From NCBI GenBank assembly GCA_002269645.1, contig NIVC01000225.1, positions 222,678 through 286,677 on the forward strand: a DNA stretch of 64,000 nt, given 5' to 3'. Shown piece by piece: positions 48,669-62,287 of this stretch. Below the pieces are notes generated by a model. That model was not told the origin of the DNA, ran no database searches, and saw only the letters and a list, made by a program, of their open reading frames with translations. The number at the start of each line of letters is the position of its first letter. Position 1 is the stretch's first letter. Position numbers and translations under genes: made by a program. The stretch comes from Macrostomum lignano (taxonomy: Eukaryota).

Positions 48669-50521
48669 ATGAACACTGCAAAGTATCACCTAGTAAGCTT
48701 CGACGATGGCGCTCAAATTGTGCTGGACAGTTGGCTGTTCCGGGATGAAGATGGCAATGTCTTCTGCCTCCTCCCCAAGACAACCAAAGCTACTCAATGT
48801 ATGCGCAACAAAACTGAACCACACCCATCCTGGAGGGAATTCAAGGTGTCGGAACAGCTCATGTCTAGTGGTACGTTTTTAATGCTCTCTTCATGTCGAA
48901 CAGTGCTAGTAATATAGTAGTATAATAGTATATTTAGATACAATGGTGAATCTATTGGGTAGAGTCAATGTTGCCGTCATTTTTGCCATGCTGTACTCCT
49001 TGAGCTCCCCGCAGCTCTCGACATCGAGTTGAACGCCCTGTGGAAGTCCACAACACACACAGACAAAGGTCGATTGTGGTATGGGAAACCATACACACTG
49101 AAGGCTGGCACGACTCAACCTAAAAGCGCATGTATTTTTCGTAAATATGATTGCAGATTTTGCCTTACCCTTTCAGATAATCTGAACTTTCTCACTTATC
49201 GGCTGAAGCGATTGGAAGAAAAGAATAGTTTGAGTGAGACAGAAGTTGAGAGGAAACGACAAAGGCCGGCAGTAGAGAGGCTGGTTGATGGCTTTAGGAC
49301 ATCGTCGATTCCTGCTTCATCTTCCACTAGATCCAAAAAGACATCGAACATGCCACCGTCGTCTTCGGCTTCGGTTGTCGTATCTGAGCTTGCGTCACCA
49401 CCTCCGCCTCCAGTTTTTCAACTATCGCCTTCACCACCTCAAGCATCAGTTACCGTACACGATACATTCGAGAGCCAATCTGTGCTGGAATCTGCTACAC
49501 AGGATCCTGACTTGAGGAGAAAGAATGAAACTGCCAGTTGCAACCGTCACTGCTGTCACATGGAGAGTACATTGCCTTTTAATTTGATTTCATCTGACTT
49601 TACTCTGACAGTTTCAGTTTTTTGTATTGTATTGCGCTCGCGTGATACATGTCTCTACTCTGTTCTAGTGGTTATTTTACTACCTATTTGTAAATTCATG
49701 CCAGTATAAACAAATGCATGCGTTTGTATTGTTACTGCAGAGTGGCTGGCGAAGCTCTTTACCGAAATGAAGGAAATGAAGGAAGAGATCTGAGCGTTAA
49801 GGTGTGGAAATACTACTGATGGCAATGGGATGTTGCACCAGTTGCCCATGAGCAGTGTAAACGGGCTCCTGTCCTTCGCCGATGAGATAGCCACATGTAC
49901 GGAAAAGAAGTCTGTCTTGGTGAGAGAAAATTTATAATTTTCTTACGTATGATCAGCTTCCTTTTTATCTACGAGCTCGTATGTACTTATTATTTAGTTG
50001 CTTATTTTCACATGTATTCCTGTACCTTTGCCGTATTCGTGCTACCTGCACGTATCGATCACTAGTCCTACCAGTAGCTTGCAAAAATCTGAATTTTAGA
50101 TTCACTACCTGTCCGGCTTCGCTGATGATGGCGTCAGTATCAGCCGAGTGACGACCACTCTGTTGAAGAAAATCGCCCTGCCATCTATGTTTAGTATGTT
50201 TACAACAACTGGCCGGCAGGATTCACGCATATTTCCCATCGGGCTTACTGCGGCCATAGAAAGTAAGTATGTTCGAACATGTGAAATCAACCTCTGTATG
50301 TATAGTCGCTCATTGTGACGCATGAAATACGTGTATATACACTGTACGTCATACTAATTGGCTCATCACTTTGTTTCACAGGAGTCATTCATAATAACAA
50401 GCGATTGAGATCTCGTTCACGAGGCGTTGGAGCGCAACATTTTGTGGCCGAGTCCTTGAAGCATATCAAACTCAAGGAGAAGAAGCGCGTAGAGACTGCG
50501 GATGACGTGAGGGAAACTTAG
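48669..50521 (+). pseudogene. Spliced accessory ORF of the transposon (DUF4806-like), with an in-frame TGA at 49791-49793
   Basis: N-terminal YHLVSFDDGAQIVLDSWL...CLLP motif. Candidate exons 48669-48870, 49177-?, 49741-49919, 50100-~50262 and ~50382-50521. C-terminal LPMSSVNGLLSF...IHYLSGF segment. The family call is from memory of animal EnSpm second ORFs. Confidence 0.55.
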
Positions 50522-51883
50522 ACTTCGCTGTTGCTCTTCCTTCATTTTGGCTTCCTTCATTTGGCTTCTTCTTTCATCTCTCATGATGCCAGCTCATGCT
50601 GGAGAACTATAGTAGCTTGAATATTTTGTAAAGTTCAATCATGCAGCTGTTATCATACCTTTCATAAATCCATCAATTTTGACCATCTTACGAGCGTACA
50701 TGGATATCATGTAACTGTATTGAAAATGGAGCTTGAAAATTGGTTCTATGATTGATTTTGCATTACCGAGTTCTAAGACATAAATTATAAAATGGGTAAC
50801 TTTAAGCATAAATAAAAAATTTAGACTTTAGTTGTGTAAATAATAAAAAAGCAACAATTAGATTTGAACGCATTTAGCCAGAGTCCGTAGGTATAGCGTT
50901 ACCTGCGCCAAAAAATTTTCCAGAATGTGAGCACGTCTTCAAGTGTTCTCTATGAACAACATGCAGCTATAGCTACACACAATCATTTAAATTTATTACG
51001 CTTGTGTTGCTTCCTTTTTGTTCAGTAAAACCAAATATTGTTTTGAACTGTCGTTCGTGCACATGTCTACTGTTCTATTGTTTTTCACTACACTGTTTTG
51101 TATTATTTTACACTATGATACTATCTCTCATTTCCACTTCGATTGTTTCCAATAGCTAATATTCTAATATAGTATTCCATAGTATTCCATAGTATTCCAT
51201 ACTTCTAGTATTGCAAATTTCTACTCCGTAGCTTTTTATTATTGCTCTATACTTTCTATTATTCTACAGGCTACTAGCTCTGTTGCTATGCTCGCATTTG
51301 TCTTCATCCTTGGATTTGTTCCATGCCACTGTTTTCTACATTAACTATATTCTGTTTTGTTTGTACTAACTTTTTGGCGCTATTTTCCGTTCTCCATCTT
51401 TTAATCTAATTTTTTTACCGTTCCTTTTCATGAATTTTCATATGCTAATATAAGAATATACTCGTAAATTACAATTTGTACCCGGTATTTCAAGCGTGGT
51501 TAGTGTGCATTACTTATATCCACACACATAATTCAATAAGGTTGACTTCAGAATGCAGAGATAACTTTCAATCATAAAGCTAGTAACATTTATTTTCTTG
51601 AAACTTCATACAAGTCATTTTGTACATTGAAAAAGCCATTTTTATACGGTAAAATTTCAGTAAATTTTTTACGTCAAAACAACGTCACAAATCTAGGTCA
51701 AAATTACGTAAAAAATATCGACAGAATTGACGTCATTTCGACGTCATAGTTTGACCGATTTTCAACGTCATTTTGACGTCGCGCAACGTCACTTTGCTAC
51801 CCGGGCAACCGTGTAACCATGCACAGTCGCCAGAGTGTAAATCAATCCGTGCTTTTCGGTGAGGAGGCATCCAACGAATTGAC

Positions 51884-51916
<33 letters not shown>

Positions 51917-52029
51917 CTTTTCTATTTCTAAGAAGCCGGGGCACCACACTGCTTGAAGAGCATCGATCGAGGCATCTGCCTTCAGTCCCGCGCTGCGAAG
52001 CTGTACTGTGTTCAGTTGGATGCTGTTGT

Positions 52030-52390
52030 TGAGGTTGCACATATAGCGGATCCGTACAGAACAGGTTTCGGCCCCATCGCAGCACAGTGGTGCAGATCCT
52101 GGCTCTTCGTCCTGGAGTCGCGGATTTGTCAGTAGATCCCGATTGAGATATCTTAATAGATTTCAAGAAGGCCTTCAACGACCGGTCGTCAGAGCCGCGT
52201 GCTTTCAATGGTGCTTCTTCGAGACATTCTCTTGGGTCCTTCTACTAAAGTAGTCCTTGTGCGCTAGCACGGCGTTCCTGCTTCTTCTGGTGTTTGACTG
52301 GGTGCTTCAGAATGCTCTTCCTACCAACGACGATGGCCGTCTGCTGTGCGACGCGTGGGTCGACGCCAACCGGAGAGGCTCTGACTTCGT
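52030..52390 (+). pseudogene. Decayed non-LTR retrotransposon reverse-transcriptase fragment (mirror ~55850-56210 on -)
   Basis: Frameshifted motifs in RT order: FRPHRSTVVQILALR, IDFKKAF, FLLLLVFDWVLQNALP. Confidence 0.65.
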
Positions 52391-55300
52391 TGGTCACTGG
52401 CCTTTATCCAGGCGGAGCTTCTGGACCTTCAACAGGTGGCACCAGCTCACAGGGGACTATGGACATATCTACATGTATATGTTTTTAGCTGATGTTAGAC
52501 ACATGCTGATGAAATTTGGAGGCTTGGCAAGGCTGCAATGAGGCGCAGTGCTGATTGGCGCACAGGTGTGTACTGAATACACTGGCGCTTATGGGAGAAA
52601 TCCGACCTTCTGGCAGAATTGTTGAATATCTCAAAGATCGGAGGGTTGACGAATTGATAAGTGTTTTTGAAGGTGCGCAACAAAAAGTTCGCCCATGTTC
52701 CTGAATTTTGTGCCGCCTGCGTTGCTCCGTTCCGGCGCAGCTAAAATATTTCTGGAGGATGACTCGTAGAACTACTGTTAATATAGGGCTTTGGGAAAGT
52801 TTACAGAATCCGCTGAATGGATGCAGATGCAGTTTACAGAAACGGTCCTTCATAGCAATTTCCCATCGGAAGTGAATTTTCGTTGGTCAGAAACTTATTA
52901 TGTAAGATTATTTTCAGTAAGGTTTCAGTAAATTATGAAACCCTTTCTAGACCTCGGCTTGCTGCCACACATCTAGCAGTGCATTTAAAGAAAGCTTTCA
53001 TGATTTTGCAGTTTAGCAGTAAATAACTGCCTAGTCATAACGAGAAATTAAATCTGCAGGTAAAGACATCGCAGAATGTTTTGAAAATTTCCAGTAAAAC
53101 CCATTTATGTGAAGCCATATTTGTGAAGTATGTGCAGACTGCTTTCTGCGCGACTCCCGAACTCACGATAATGGATGCGGCCAGCCCCAGTGAGTGTGGG
53201 AGCGAATGTACGAGCTAAGAAGACCTGCAAAGGCCGAGAGTGCATGTGCGAGAGCTGCAAGTGCTAGGACGGAAACTGCAAGAACGGCAGGTGCGAGAGC
53301 TGCAGGTGCGAGGGCTGCTAGTGTGCCGCAATCACGTCGTGACGTCACTGACAAAGGGCGCAGTCAGGAACGGATGCGATCTACGAGTATGTGCATGTAC
53401 ACTCATACATTGGGATACAATTGCAAGTGCTGAGCCAATTTCAAAAATAATAAAGTAATACTGTTCCTGGACTCATCTTTATATAATTATACATAGCGCT
53501 TGGCAACATATTATTCGTCTGATATTTTATTCTGTCAATCAACATATCAGGAGAATAAATATATTTCCCAGTAGTACAGCATAAACCAGTATAGTTTTCA
53601 TTTTTGCTTAATAAATGAGGCTGTTCAACTACTTCTTTAGACGTAACACATAATGTTACAATTCATTTTACACAATCGTTCATGACGCGTGAAAAATTTT
53701 TAATAATGTTTAACGCAAACTCGTTTACTGCTACTGTCAGTAAAGTCCTTTGGAAACTCTCTTAATTTATTTTCAAGCAGCAAGTTAAAAAATGAAAGCA
53801 TTCAAAAAGAAAAAAGATTACTGTAGATACTTTTGATGGGCTGAAGTGTGTTAATATTTACCATGTTGGCTGAAGTTTTGGCTTAAACTTTTAAGGTGTT
53901 TCATTATTTACAATTTTTTATCTTTGAGTACAGTCAGTCTGATAGCAAGTATATTTTAATAAATAGTATTGACTTTATTTTTTATCACTGAGCTCTAATT
54001 CTGTTATTCTGCATGGCACTCTTCGCTCGTCCAGCAGCCCCAATTGATTGGGGGCGTCGCCAAGATGAGTGCCTGCCTGCGGCGCCAAGATGAGTGCTAA
54101 CAACAGCGATTGCCAAAATAATGTAAGGAATTCAGCTCTGCAGAATTCTTGGCTCTGTAACCTCACTATAAAATCTATGGCGACGCCCCCAATCAATTGG
54201 GGCTGCTGGACGAGCGAAGAGTGCCATGCAGAATAACAGAATTAGAGCTCAGTGATAAAAAATAAAGTCAATACTATTTATTAAAATATACTTGCTATCA
54301 GACTGACTGTACTCAAAGATAAAAAATTGTAAATAATGAAACACCTTAAAAGTTTAAGCCAAAACTTCAGCCAACATGGTAAATATTAACACACTTCAGC
54401 CCATCAAAAGTATCTACAGTAATCTTTTTTCTTTTTGAATGCTTTCATTTTTTAACTTGCTGCTTGAAAATAAATTAAGAGAGTTTCCAAAGGACTTTAC
54501 TGACAGTAGCAGTAAACGAGTTTGCGTTAAACATTATTAAAAATTTTTCACGCGTCATGAACGATTGTGTAAAATGAATTGTAACATTATGTGTTACGTC
54601 TAAAGAAGTAGTTGAACAGCCTCATTTATTAAGCAAAAATGAAAACTATACTGGTTTATGCTGTACTACTGGGAAATATATTTATTCTCCTGATATGTTG
54701 ATTGACAGAATAAAATATCAGACGAATAATATGTTGCCAAGCGCTATGTATAATTATATAAAGATGAGTCCAGGAACAGTATTACTTTATTATTTTTGAA
54801 ATTGGCTCAGCACTTGCAATTGTATCCCAATGTATGAGTGTACATGCACATACTCGTAGATCGCATCCGTTCCTGACTGCGCCCTTTGTCAGTGACGTCA
54901 CGACGTGATTGCGGCACACTAGCAGCCCTCGCACCTGCAGCTCTCGCACCTGCCGTTCTTGCAGTTTCCGTCCTAGCACTTGCAGCTCTCGCACATGCAC
55001 TCTCGGCCTTTGCAGGTCTTCTTAGCTCGTACATTCGCTCCCACACTCACTGGGGCTGGCCGCATCCATTATCGTGAGTTCGGGAGTCGCGCAGAAAGCA
55101 GTCTGCACATACTTCACAAATATGGCTTCACATAAATGGGTTTTACTGGAAATTTTCAAAACATTCTGCGATGTCTTTACCTGCAGATTTAATTTCTCGT
55201 TATGACTAGGCAGTTATTTACTGCTAAACTGCAAAATCATGAAAGCTTTCTTTAAATGCACTGCTAGATGTGTGGCAGCAAGCCGAGGTCTAGAAAGGGT

Positions 55301-56323
55301 TTCATAATTTACTGAAACCTTACTGAAAATAATCTTACATAATAAGTTTCTGACCAACGAAAATTCACTTCCGATGGGAAATTGCTATGAAGGACCGTTT
55401 CTGTAAACTGCATCTGCATCCATTCAGCGGATTCTGTAAACTTTCCCAAAGCCCTATATTAACAGTAGTTCTACGAGTCATCCTCCAGAAATATTTTAGC
55501 TGCGCCGGAACGGAGCAACGCAGGCGGCACAAAATTCAGGAACATGGGCGAACTTTTTGTTGCGCACCTTCAAAAACACTTATCAATTCGTCAACCCTCC
55601 GATCTTTGAGATATTCAACAATTCTGCCAGAAGGTCGGATTTCTCCCATAAGCGCCAGTGTATTCAGTACACACCTGTGCGCCAATCAGCACTGCGCCTC
55701 ATTGCAGCCTTGCCAAGCCTCCAAATTTCATCAGCATGTGTCTAACATCAGCTAAAAACATATACATGTAGATATGTCCATAGTCCCCTGTGAGCTGGTG
55801 CCACCTGTTGAAGGTCCAGAAGCTCCGCCTGGATAAAGGCCAGTGACCAACGAAGTCAGAGCCTCTCCGGTTGGCGTCGACCCACGCGTCGCACAGCAGA
55901 CGGCCATCGTCGTTGGTAGGAAGAGCATTCTGAAGCACCCAGTCAAACACCAGAAGAAGCAGGAACGCCGTGCTAGCGCACAAGGACTACTTTAGTAGAA
56001 GGACCCAAGAGAATGTCTCGAAGAAGCACCATTGAAAGCACGCGGCTCTGACGACCGGTCGTTGAAGGCCTTCTTGAAATCTATTAAGATATCTCAATCG
56101 GGATCTACTGACAAATCCGCGACTCCAGGACGAAGAGCCAGGATCTGCACCACTGTGCTGCGATGGGGCCGAAACCTGTTCTGTACGGATCCGCTATATG
56201 TGCAACCTCAACAACAGCATCCAACTGAACACAGTACAGCTTCGCAGCGCGGGACTGAAGGCAGATGCCTCGATCGATGCTCTTCAAGCAGTGTGGTGCC
56301 CCGGCTTCTTAGAAATAGAAAAG

Positions 56324-56358
<35 letters not shown>

Positions 56359-57720
56359 GTCAATTCGTTGGATGCCTCCTCACCGAAAAGCACGGATTGA
56401 TTTACACTCTGGCGACTGTGCATGGTTACACGGTTGCCCGGGTAGCAAAGTGACGTTGCGCGACGTCAAAATGACGTTGAAAATCGGTCAAACTATGACG
56501 TCGAAATGACGTCAATTCTGTCGATATTTTTTACGTAATTTTGACCTAGATTTGTGACGTTGTTTTGACGTAAAAAATTTACTGAAATTTTACCGTATAA
56601 AAATGGCTTTTTCAATGTACAAAATGACTTGTATGAAGTTTCAAGAAAATAAATGTTACTAGCTTTATGATTGAAAGTTATCTCTGCATTCTGAAGTCAA
56701 CCTTATTGAATTATGTGTGTGGATATAAGTAATGCACACTAACCACGCTTGAAATACCGGGTACAAATTGTAATTTACGAGTATATTCTTATATTAGCAT
56801 ATGAAAATTCATGAAAAGGAACGGTAAAAAAATTAGATTAAAAGATGGAGAACGGAAAATAGCGCCAAAAAGTTAGTACAAACAAAACAGAATATAGTTA
56901 ATGTAGAAAACAGTGGCATGGAACAAATCCAAGGATGAAGACAAATGCGAGCATAGCAACAGAGCTAGTAGCCTGTAGAATAATAGAAAGTATAGAGCAA
57001 TAATAAAAAGCTACGGAGTAGAAATTTGCAATACTAGAAGTATGGAATACTATGGAATACTATGGAATACTATATTAGAATATTAGCTATTGGAAACAAT
57101 CGAAGTGGAAATGAGAGATAGTATCATAGTGTAAAATAATACAAAACAGTGTAGTGAAAAACAATAGAACAGTAGACATGTGCACGAACGACAGTTCAAA
57201 ACAATATTTGGTTTTACTGAACAAAAAGGAAGCAACACAAGCGTAATAAATTTAAATGATTGTGTGTAGCTATAGCTGCATGTTGTTCATAGAGAACACT
57301 TGAAGACGTGCTCACATTCTGGAAAATTTTTTGGCGCAGGTAACGCTATACCTACGGACTCTGGCTAAATGCGTTCAAATCTAATTGTTGCTTTTTTATT
57401 ATTTACACAACTAAAGTCTAAATTTTTTATTTATGCTTAAAGTTACCCATTTTATAATTTATGTCTTAGAACTCGGTAATGCAAAATCAATCATAGAACC
57501 AATTTTCAAGCTCCATTTTCAATACAGTTACATGATATCCATGTACGCTCGTAAGATGGTCAAAATTGATGGATTTATGAAAGGTATGATAACAGCTGCA
57601 TGATTGAACTTTACAAAATATTCAAGCTACTATAGTTCTCCAGCATGAGCTGGCATCATGAGAGATGAAAGAAGAAGCCAAATGAAGGAAGCCAAAATGA
57701 AGGAAGAGCAACAGCGAAGT

Positions 57721-59573
57721 CTAAGTTTCCCTCACGTCATCCGCAGTCTCTACGCGCTTCTTCTCCTTGAGTTTGATATGCTTCAAGGACTCGGCCACAA
57801 AATGTTGCGCTCCAACGCCTCGTGAACGAGATCTCAATCGCTTGTTATTATGAATGACTCCTGTGAAACAAAGTGATGAGCCAATTAGTATGACGTACAG
57901 TGTATATACACGTATTTCATGCGTCACAATGAGCGACTATACATACAGAGGTTGATTTCACATGTTCGAACATACTTACTTTCTATGGCCGCAGTAAGCC
58001 CGATGGGAAATATGCGTGAATCCTGCCGGCCAGTTGTTGTAAACATACTAAACATAGATGGCAGGGCGATTTTCTTCAACAGAGTGGTCGTCACTCGGCT
58101 GATACTGACGCCATCATCAGCGAAGCCGGACAGGTAGTGAATCTAAAATTCAGATTTTTGCAAGCTACTGGTAGGACTAGTGATCGATACGTGCAGGTAG
58201 CACGAATACGGCAAAGGTACAGGAATACATGTGAAAATAAGCAACTAAATAATAAGTACATACGAGCTCGTAGATAAAAAGGAAGCTGATCATACGTAAG
58301 AAAATTATAAATTTTCTCTCACCAAGACAGACTTCTTTTCCGTACATGTGGCTATCTCATCGGCGAAGGACAGGAGCCCGTTTACACTGCTCATGGGCAA
58401 CTGGTGCAACATCCCATTGCCATCAGTAGTATTTCCACACCTTAACGCTCAGATCTCTTCCTTCATTTCCTTCATTTCGGTAAAGAGCTTCGCCAGCCAC
58501 TCTGCAGTAACAATACAAACGCATGCATTTGTTTATACTGGCATGAATTTACAAATAGGTAGTAAAATAACCACTAGAACAGAGTAGAGACATGTATCAC
58601 GCGAGCGCAATACAATACAAAAAACTGAAACTGTCAGAGTAAAGTCAGATGAAATCAAATTAAAAGGCAATGTACTCTCCATGTGACAGCAGTGACGGTT
58701 GCAACTGGCAGTTTCATTCTTTCTCCTCAAGTCAGGATCCTGTGTAGCAGATTCCAGCACAGATTGGCTCTCGAATGTATCGTGTACGGTAACTGATGCT
58801 TGAGGTGGTGAAGGCGATAGTTGAAAAACTGGAGGCGGAGGTGGTGACGCAAGCTCAGATACGACAACCGAAGCCGAAGACGACGGTGGCATGTTCGATG
58901 TCTTTTTGGATCTAGTGGAAGATGAAGCAGGAATCGACGATGTCCTAAAGCCATCAACCAGCCTCTCTACTGCCGGCCTTTGTCGTTTCCTCTCAACTTC
59001 TGTCTCACTCAAACTATTCTTTTCTTCCAATCGCTTCAGCCGATAAGTGAGAAAGTTCAGATTATCTGAAAGGGTAAGGCAAAATCTGCAATCATATTTA
59101 CGAAAAATACATGCGCTTTTAGGTTGAGTCGTGCCAGCCTTCAGTGTGTATGGTTTCCCATACCACAATCGACCTTTGTCTGTGTGTGTTGTGGACTTCC
59201 ACAGGGCGTTCAACTCGATGTCGAGAGCTGCGGGGAGCTCAAGGAGTACAGCATGGCAAAAATGACGGCAACATTGACTCTACCCAATAGATTCACCATT
59301 GTATCTAAATATACTATTATACTACTATATTACTAGCACTGTTCGACATGAAGAGAGCATTAAAAACGTACCACTAGACATGAGCTGTTCCGACACCTTG
59401 AATTCCCTCCAGGATGGGTGTGGTTCAGTTTTGTTGCGCATACATTGAGTAGCTTTGGTTGTCTTGGGGAGGAGGCAGAAGACATTGCCATCTTCATCCC
59501 GGAACAGCCAACTGTCCAGCACAATTTGAGCGCCATCGTCGAAGCTTACTAGGTGATACTTTGCAGTGTTCAT
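57721..59573 (-). pseudogene. Mirror copy of the accessory (DUF4806-like) ORF
   Basis: Identical translations in the ORF track; same premature stop. Confidence 0.55.
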
Positions 59574-60292
59574 AATTGTGATACACTGGAGGTGTTTCAG
59601 AGCTTCAAATGCATGAAAAAAGGTTGTAATGTTCTATTAGTATATAAAACTGCAGTAAATTAAATAATCTTATCTACGCTGATTTTATTACAGCTCTTTT
59701 CTATAACATTACAGATTCATGAATCTACTATTGCAATACTTGTATTTTGAGATTTCTACATAATTGATGAACAGAGCAGCTTTGATGTATTTTAGTACCA
59801 AATAAGTTGCCAAAAATACGGCCATATTATACTGCGACGAGTAATTTTATTAATTATACTTTGAGGAGGCGAAATTACAGTAGTAGTATGTTTAATTGGC
59901 TACGCTTGTCAGGCCTGGACGGTTTGATGCTAAGAAATTGTTATTATTATTATTAATTTTGCTATTACTACTGTTATATGTATACGCTGAAGATTCTAAA
60001 CAATCTGCTATGCTTCAATTTTTTGCATCGACTGGTTGATCTACGTCCAAGGCTGCCACACGCTTACAGAAAAGCCTATAAGTTGCAAGTTCAAACATGA
60101 GTAGAATATTTTGAAACAGAATCTAGCTCGTAATTAAAGAAAATAACATATTATTAGAACCTTAAAATAAATTTACGTACAAAATTATAACAGCTAAAGA
60201 AAAGTATCATGATTAAAGTTTAAAGAATAGCATTTGCTTCTGAATGCAGACACATCAAACCTTTGCAGTATGTTAAAAAAGTAAGCTCTGTC

Positions 60293-62287
60293 TCACTGAC
60301 GGAAAGTATGAGCAAGTGGTATGGCCAACTGGTGGCCACCGTCGTCTGGAAAGAGGAACATTTTGCACATGATATGTTCAACAGGTACGACAGAAACCGA
60401 GCGCGACAATTCAGACACTTTGAAAATGTCTAAATCCATGGACAGCAACGGCAATAGAAAGTAGTTGTCGTGGCTACAAAAGAGCCGGCCAATGGCCCTG
60501 ATATCGTCGCCCTCCTTCACAAAATGAGAAACTTTGAAGACTTTGTGATCAGAGGTTAAGACGAATGAATCCGGAGATTTCCTCTTCAGGATGGTGTTGA
60601 CATCATTCAGTACGAGTCGCCGGTAAGCTACACCCTCATCACGAATGATGGGTTGCAAGGGTGTCAGGGACTTTATTCCCAATAGGGATACAGGACGCTG
60701 CCCAAGAAACTGTCCACTCTCATGTATTCGCTTGACAATCTGATTCAGTGGTTGACTGGGCGATCGAATCTTCTTCTTGATGAATCTCAAGAAGTTCTCA
60801 AACTTAAAGTTGCTAAATGTGTCTATTGGACCAAACCGGTTGAAGTCATCAACTAGGTGCTGAAGGTTGTGAATATTGTATGTGAAAAATGCATTTCCGA
60901 GAGCATCGCGAAGGAGATCGTGCATATATGACACAAGGCGGCGAATGTATTCAACGCTCTGCGCTCCTTGGTATTGTTTCCTTTCGCAGCACATGATGTA
61001 GATAGCGATGAAATACGTCATGAATATAGTTTGTAGCTTTGAATCACGTACAACCTTGGGGATGACGAACGGAATGATGTACACTGTAAAAAGTCGCAAT
61101 TCAGTCGCCTTCCATTTGTGAAGGTGGCGAATAGGGCTCACCTTTCGAACAAAGTCACAAGGAAGAACCTTGCAGGTCTCTTTTATAAGCTGATCAAAGT
61201 ACCTTTTCTCATTCTGGCCGAGTCTGTACTTATTTGGACCATTGCTTAATACTTCCAGCAGCTTCAGTGTCACTCCTTTGCAGATAAGGTGCAACATGTC
61301 GTGTGGAAACTGAGCCACCATGTCAATAGACAAGGATTCAAAGGGGCTCGGTCCGTGGTGATGCTCCGGTTGAGTTCTGTCGCGAAAGGTGGCGTCACTT
61401 CGGAGAGTACCATTCTCAGAGAAAGCAACACGGTTACAAATGTATATACCTTTTGCAATGCAACGGTCACAACCATAGTAGCCAGAGTGGCCTTTGACAT
61501 TCTTGACAAAAGCGCGTGCGGGTGTGTCGCAGCAAACACACGCAAGGAGAATTTTCACACCGGGTCGAATCTCCAAATCATTTTGCTCCAGCGTCTTTAA
61601 CTCTTCAATAGTATCCGTGAGAAGATCCTCGGCACTCTGAGGCTTTGCCTTGCCGTGGTAGATTCCAACGACAAAGACAGAATTCCGAATTTCACGAAAT
61701 GCGGCTAGAATCACCCAAAAGCCGTCCACAGTCGATGAAAAAAGTGGTACACCATCGATGTTTAAAACCAGGTTCAAGTTGACATTATTCTCAAAGCCCA
61801 CATCGTCAAGTAGCCTTTTAATCCCATCCAGGAGCCCAAAATGATAATAGCTACCTGGATCAACGTGTTTAACTCCTAATACAACCTGGGGAGAGTCAAG
61901 CAGCGTTCTCGGGTCAATAGGAAGGGATGGGTCTTTCTTGCGCAGAACAGCCAGAAGACGTCGCAAAGAGGCCTGTGGGATGTTGTCGGATATTGCCCAT
62001 TCTTTCAAAGCCTCACTCAGATCTACATCAGATTCATGGTCGTCATAGTCGTCAGTCTCTGAATCGGAGGAGACGGATTCAGATGGCGAATTGTTATTAC
62101 TATCCTCCTGATGATTTTTATCTCCTTCCTCAGGTTGACTACCCAATGTCCATTTAGAACAAACTGCTCCACTGGGCAATGATGATTTTTTCATACAAAT
62201 GCCCTCTTCCTCGTCATGAGAGCTGGAACTGGTATCCCTAATGGCACTTAGTAGCAACCTCTCTCCTGTTCTCTTTTCTTCACCCAA
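60293..62287 (-). CDS. EnSpm/CACTA-like transposase, mirror copy
   Basis: Identical protein from RTGERLL onward. A 1-bp shorter A-run puts the upstream ATG out of frame. Confidence 0.82.
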   Translation of the reverse strand: MGEEKRTGERLLLSAIRDTSSSSHDEEEGICMKKSSLPSGAVCSKWTLGSQPEEGDKNHQEDSNNNSPSESVSSDSETDDYDDHESDVDLSEALKEWAISDNIPQASLRRLLAVLRKKDPSLPIDPRTLLDSPQVVLGVKHVDPGSYYHFGLLDGIKRLLDDVGFENNVNLNLVLNIDGVPLFSSTVDGFWVILAAFREIRNSVFVVGIYHGKAKPQSAEDLLTDTIEELKTLEQNDLEIRPGVKILLACVCCDTPARAFVKNVKGHSGYYGCDRCIAKGIYICNRVAFSENGTLRSDATFRDRTQPEHHHGPSPFESLSIDMVAQFPHDMLHLICKGVTLKLLEVLSNGPNKYRLGQNEKRYFDQLIKETCKVLPCDFVRKVSPIRHLHKWKATELRLFTVYIIPFVIPKVVRDSKLQTIFMTYFIAIYIMCCERKQYQGAQSVEYIRRLVSYMHDLLRDALGNAFFTYNIHNLQHLVDDFNRFGPIDTFSNFKFENFLRFIKKKIRSPSQPLNQIVKRIHESGQFLGQRPVSLLGIKSLTPLQPIIRDEGVAYRRLVLNDVNTILKRKSPDSFVLTSDHKVFKVSHFVKEGDDIRAIGRLFCSHDNYFLLPLLSMDLDIFKVSELSRSVSVVPVEHIMCKMFLFPDDGGHQLAIPLAHTFRQ

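Larger units (their letters stand above)
45826..51805 (+). mobile_element. EnSpm/CACTA (CMC)-type DNA transposon, left copy, apparently lacking its left terminus
   Basis: Transposase plus accessory ORF. The right end has clustered (G/A)ACGTC subterminal motifs (51665-51790) ending ...ctttgctacccggg. The terminus position is inferred. Confidence 0.7.

Noticed and set aside
45421-53848. Segment A copies as 405-bp CACT-starting TIRs of one 8.4-kb transposon
   Set aside because: No TSD (gcc vs tgt), the mirror copy lacks the outer A, and a more typical subterminal-repeat end lies at 51805. Kept only as an alternative model.
54063-54177. Palindrome spacer as a missed sequencing hairpin adapter
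   Set aside because: The spacer is 115 bp of genomic-looking sequence starting with local minisatellite units and shows no adapter-like sequence. A chimera of another kind is not excluded.
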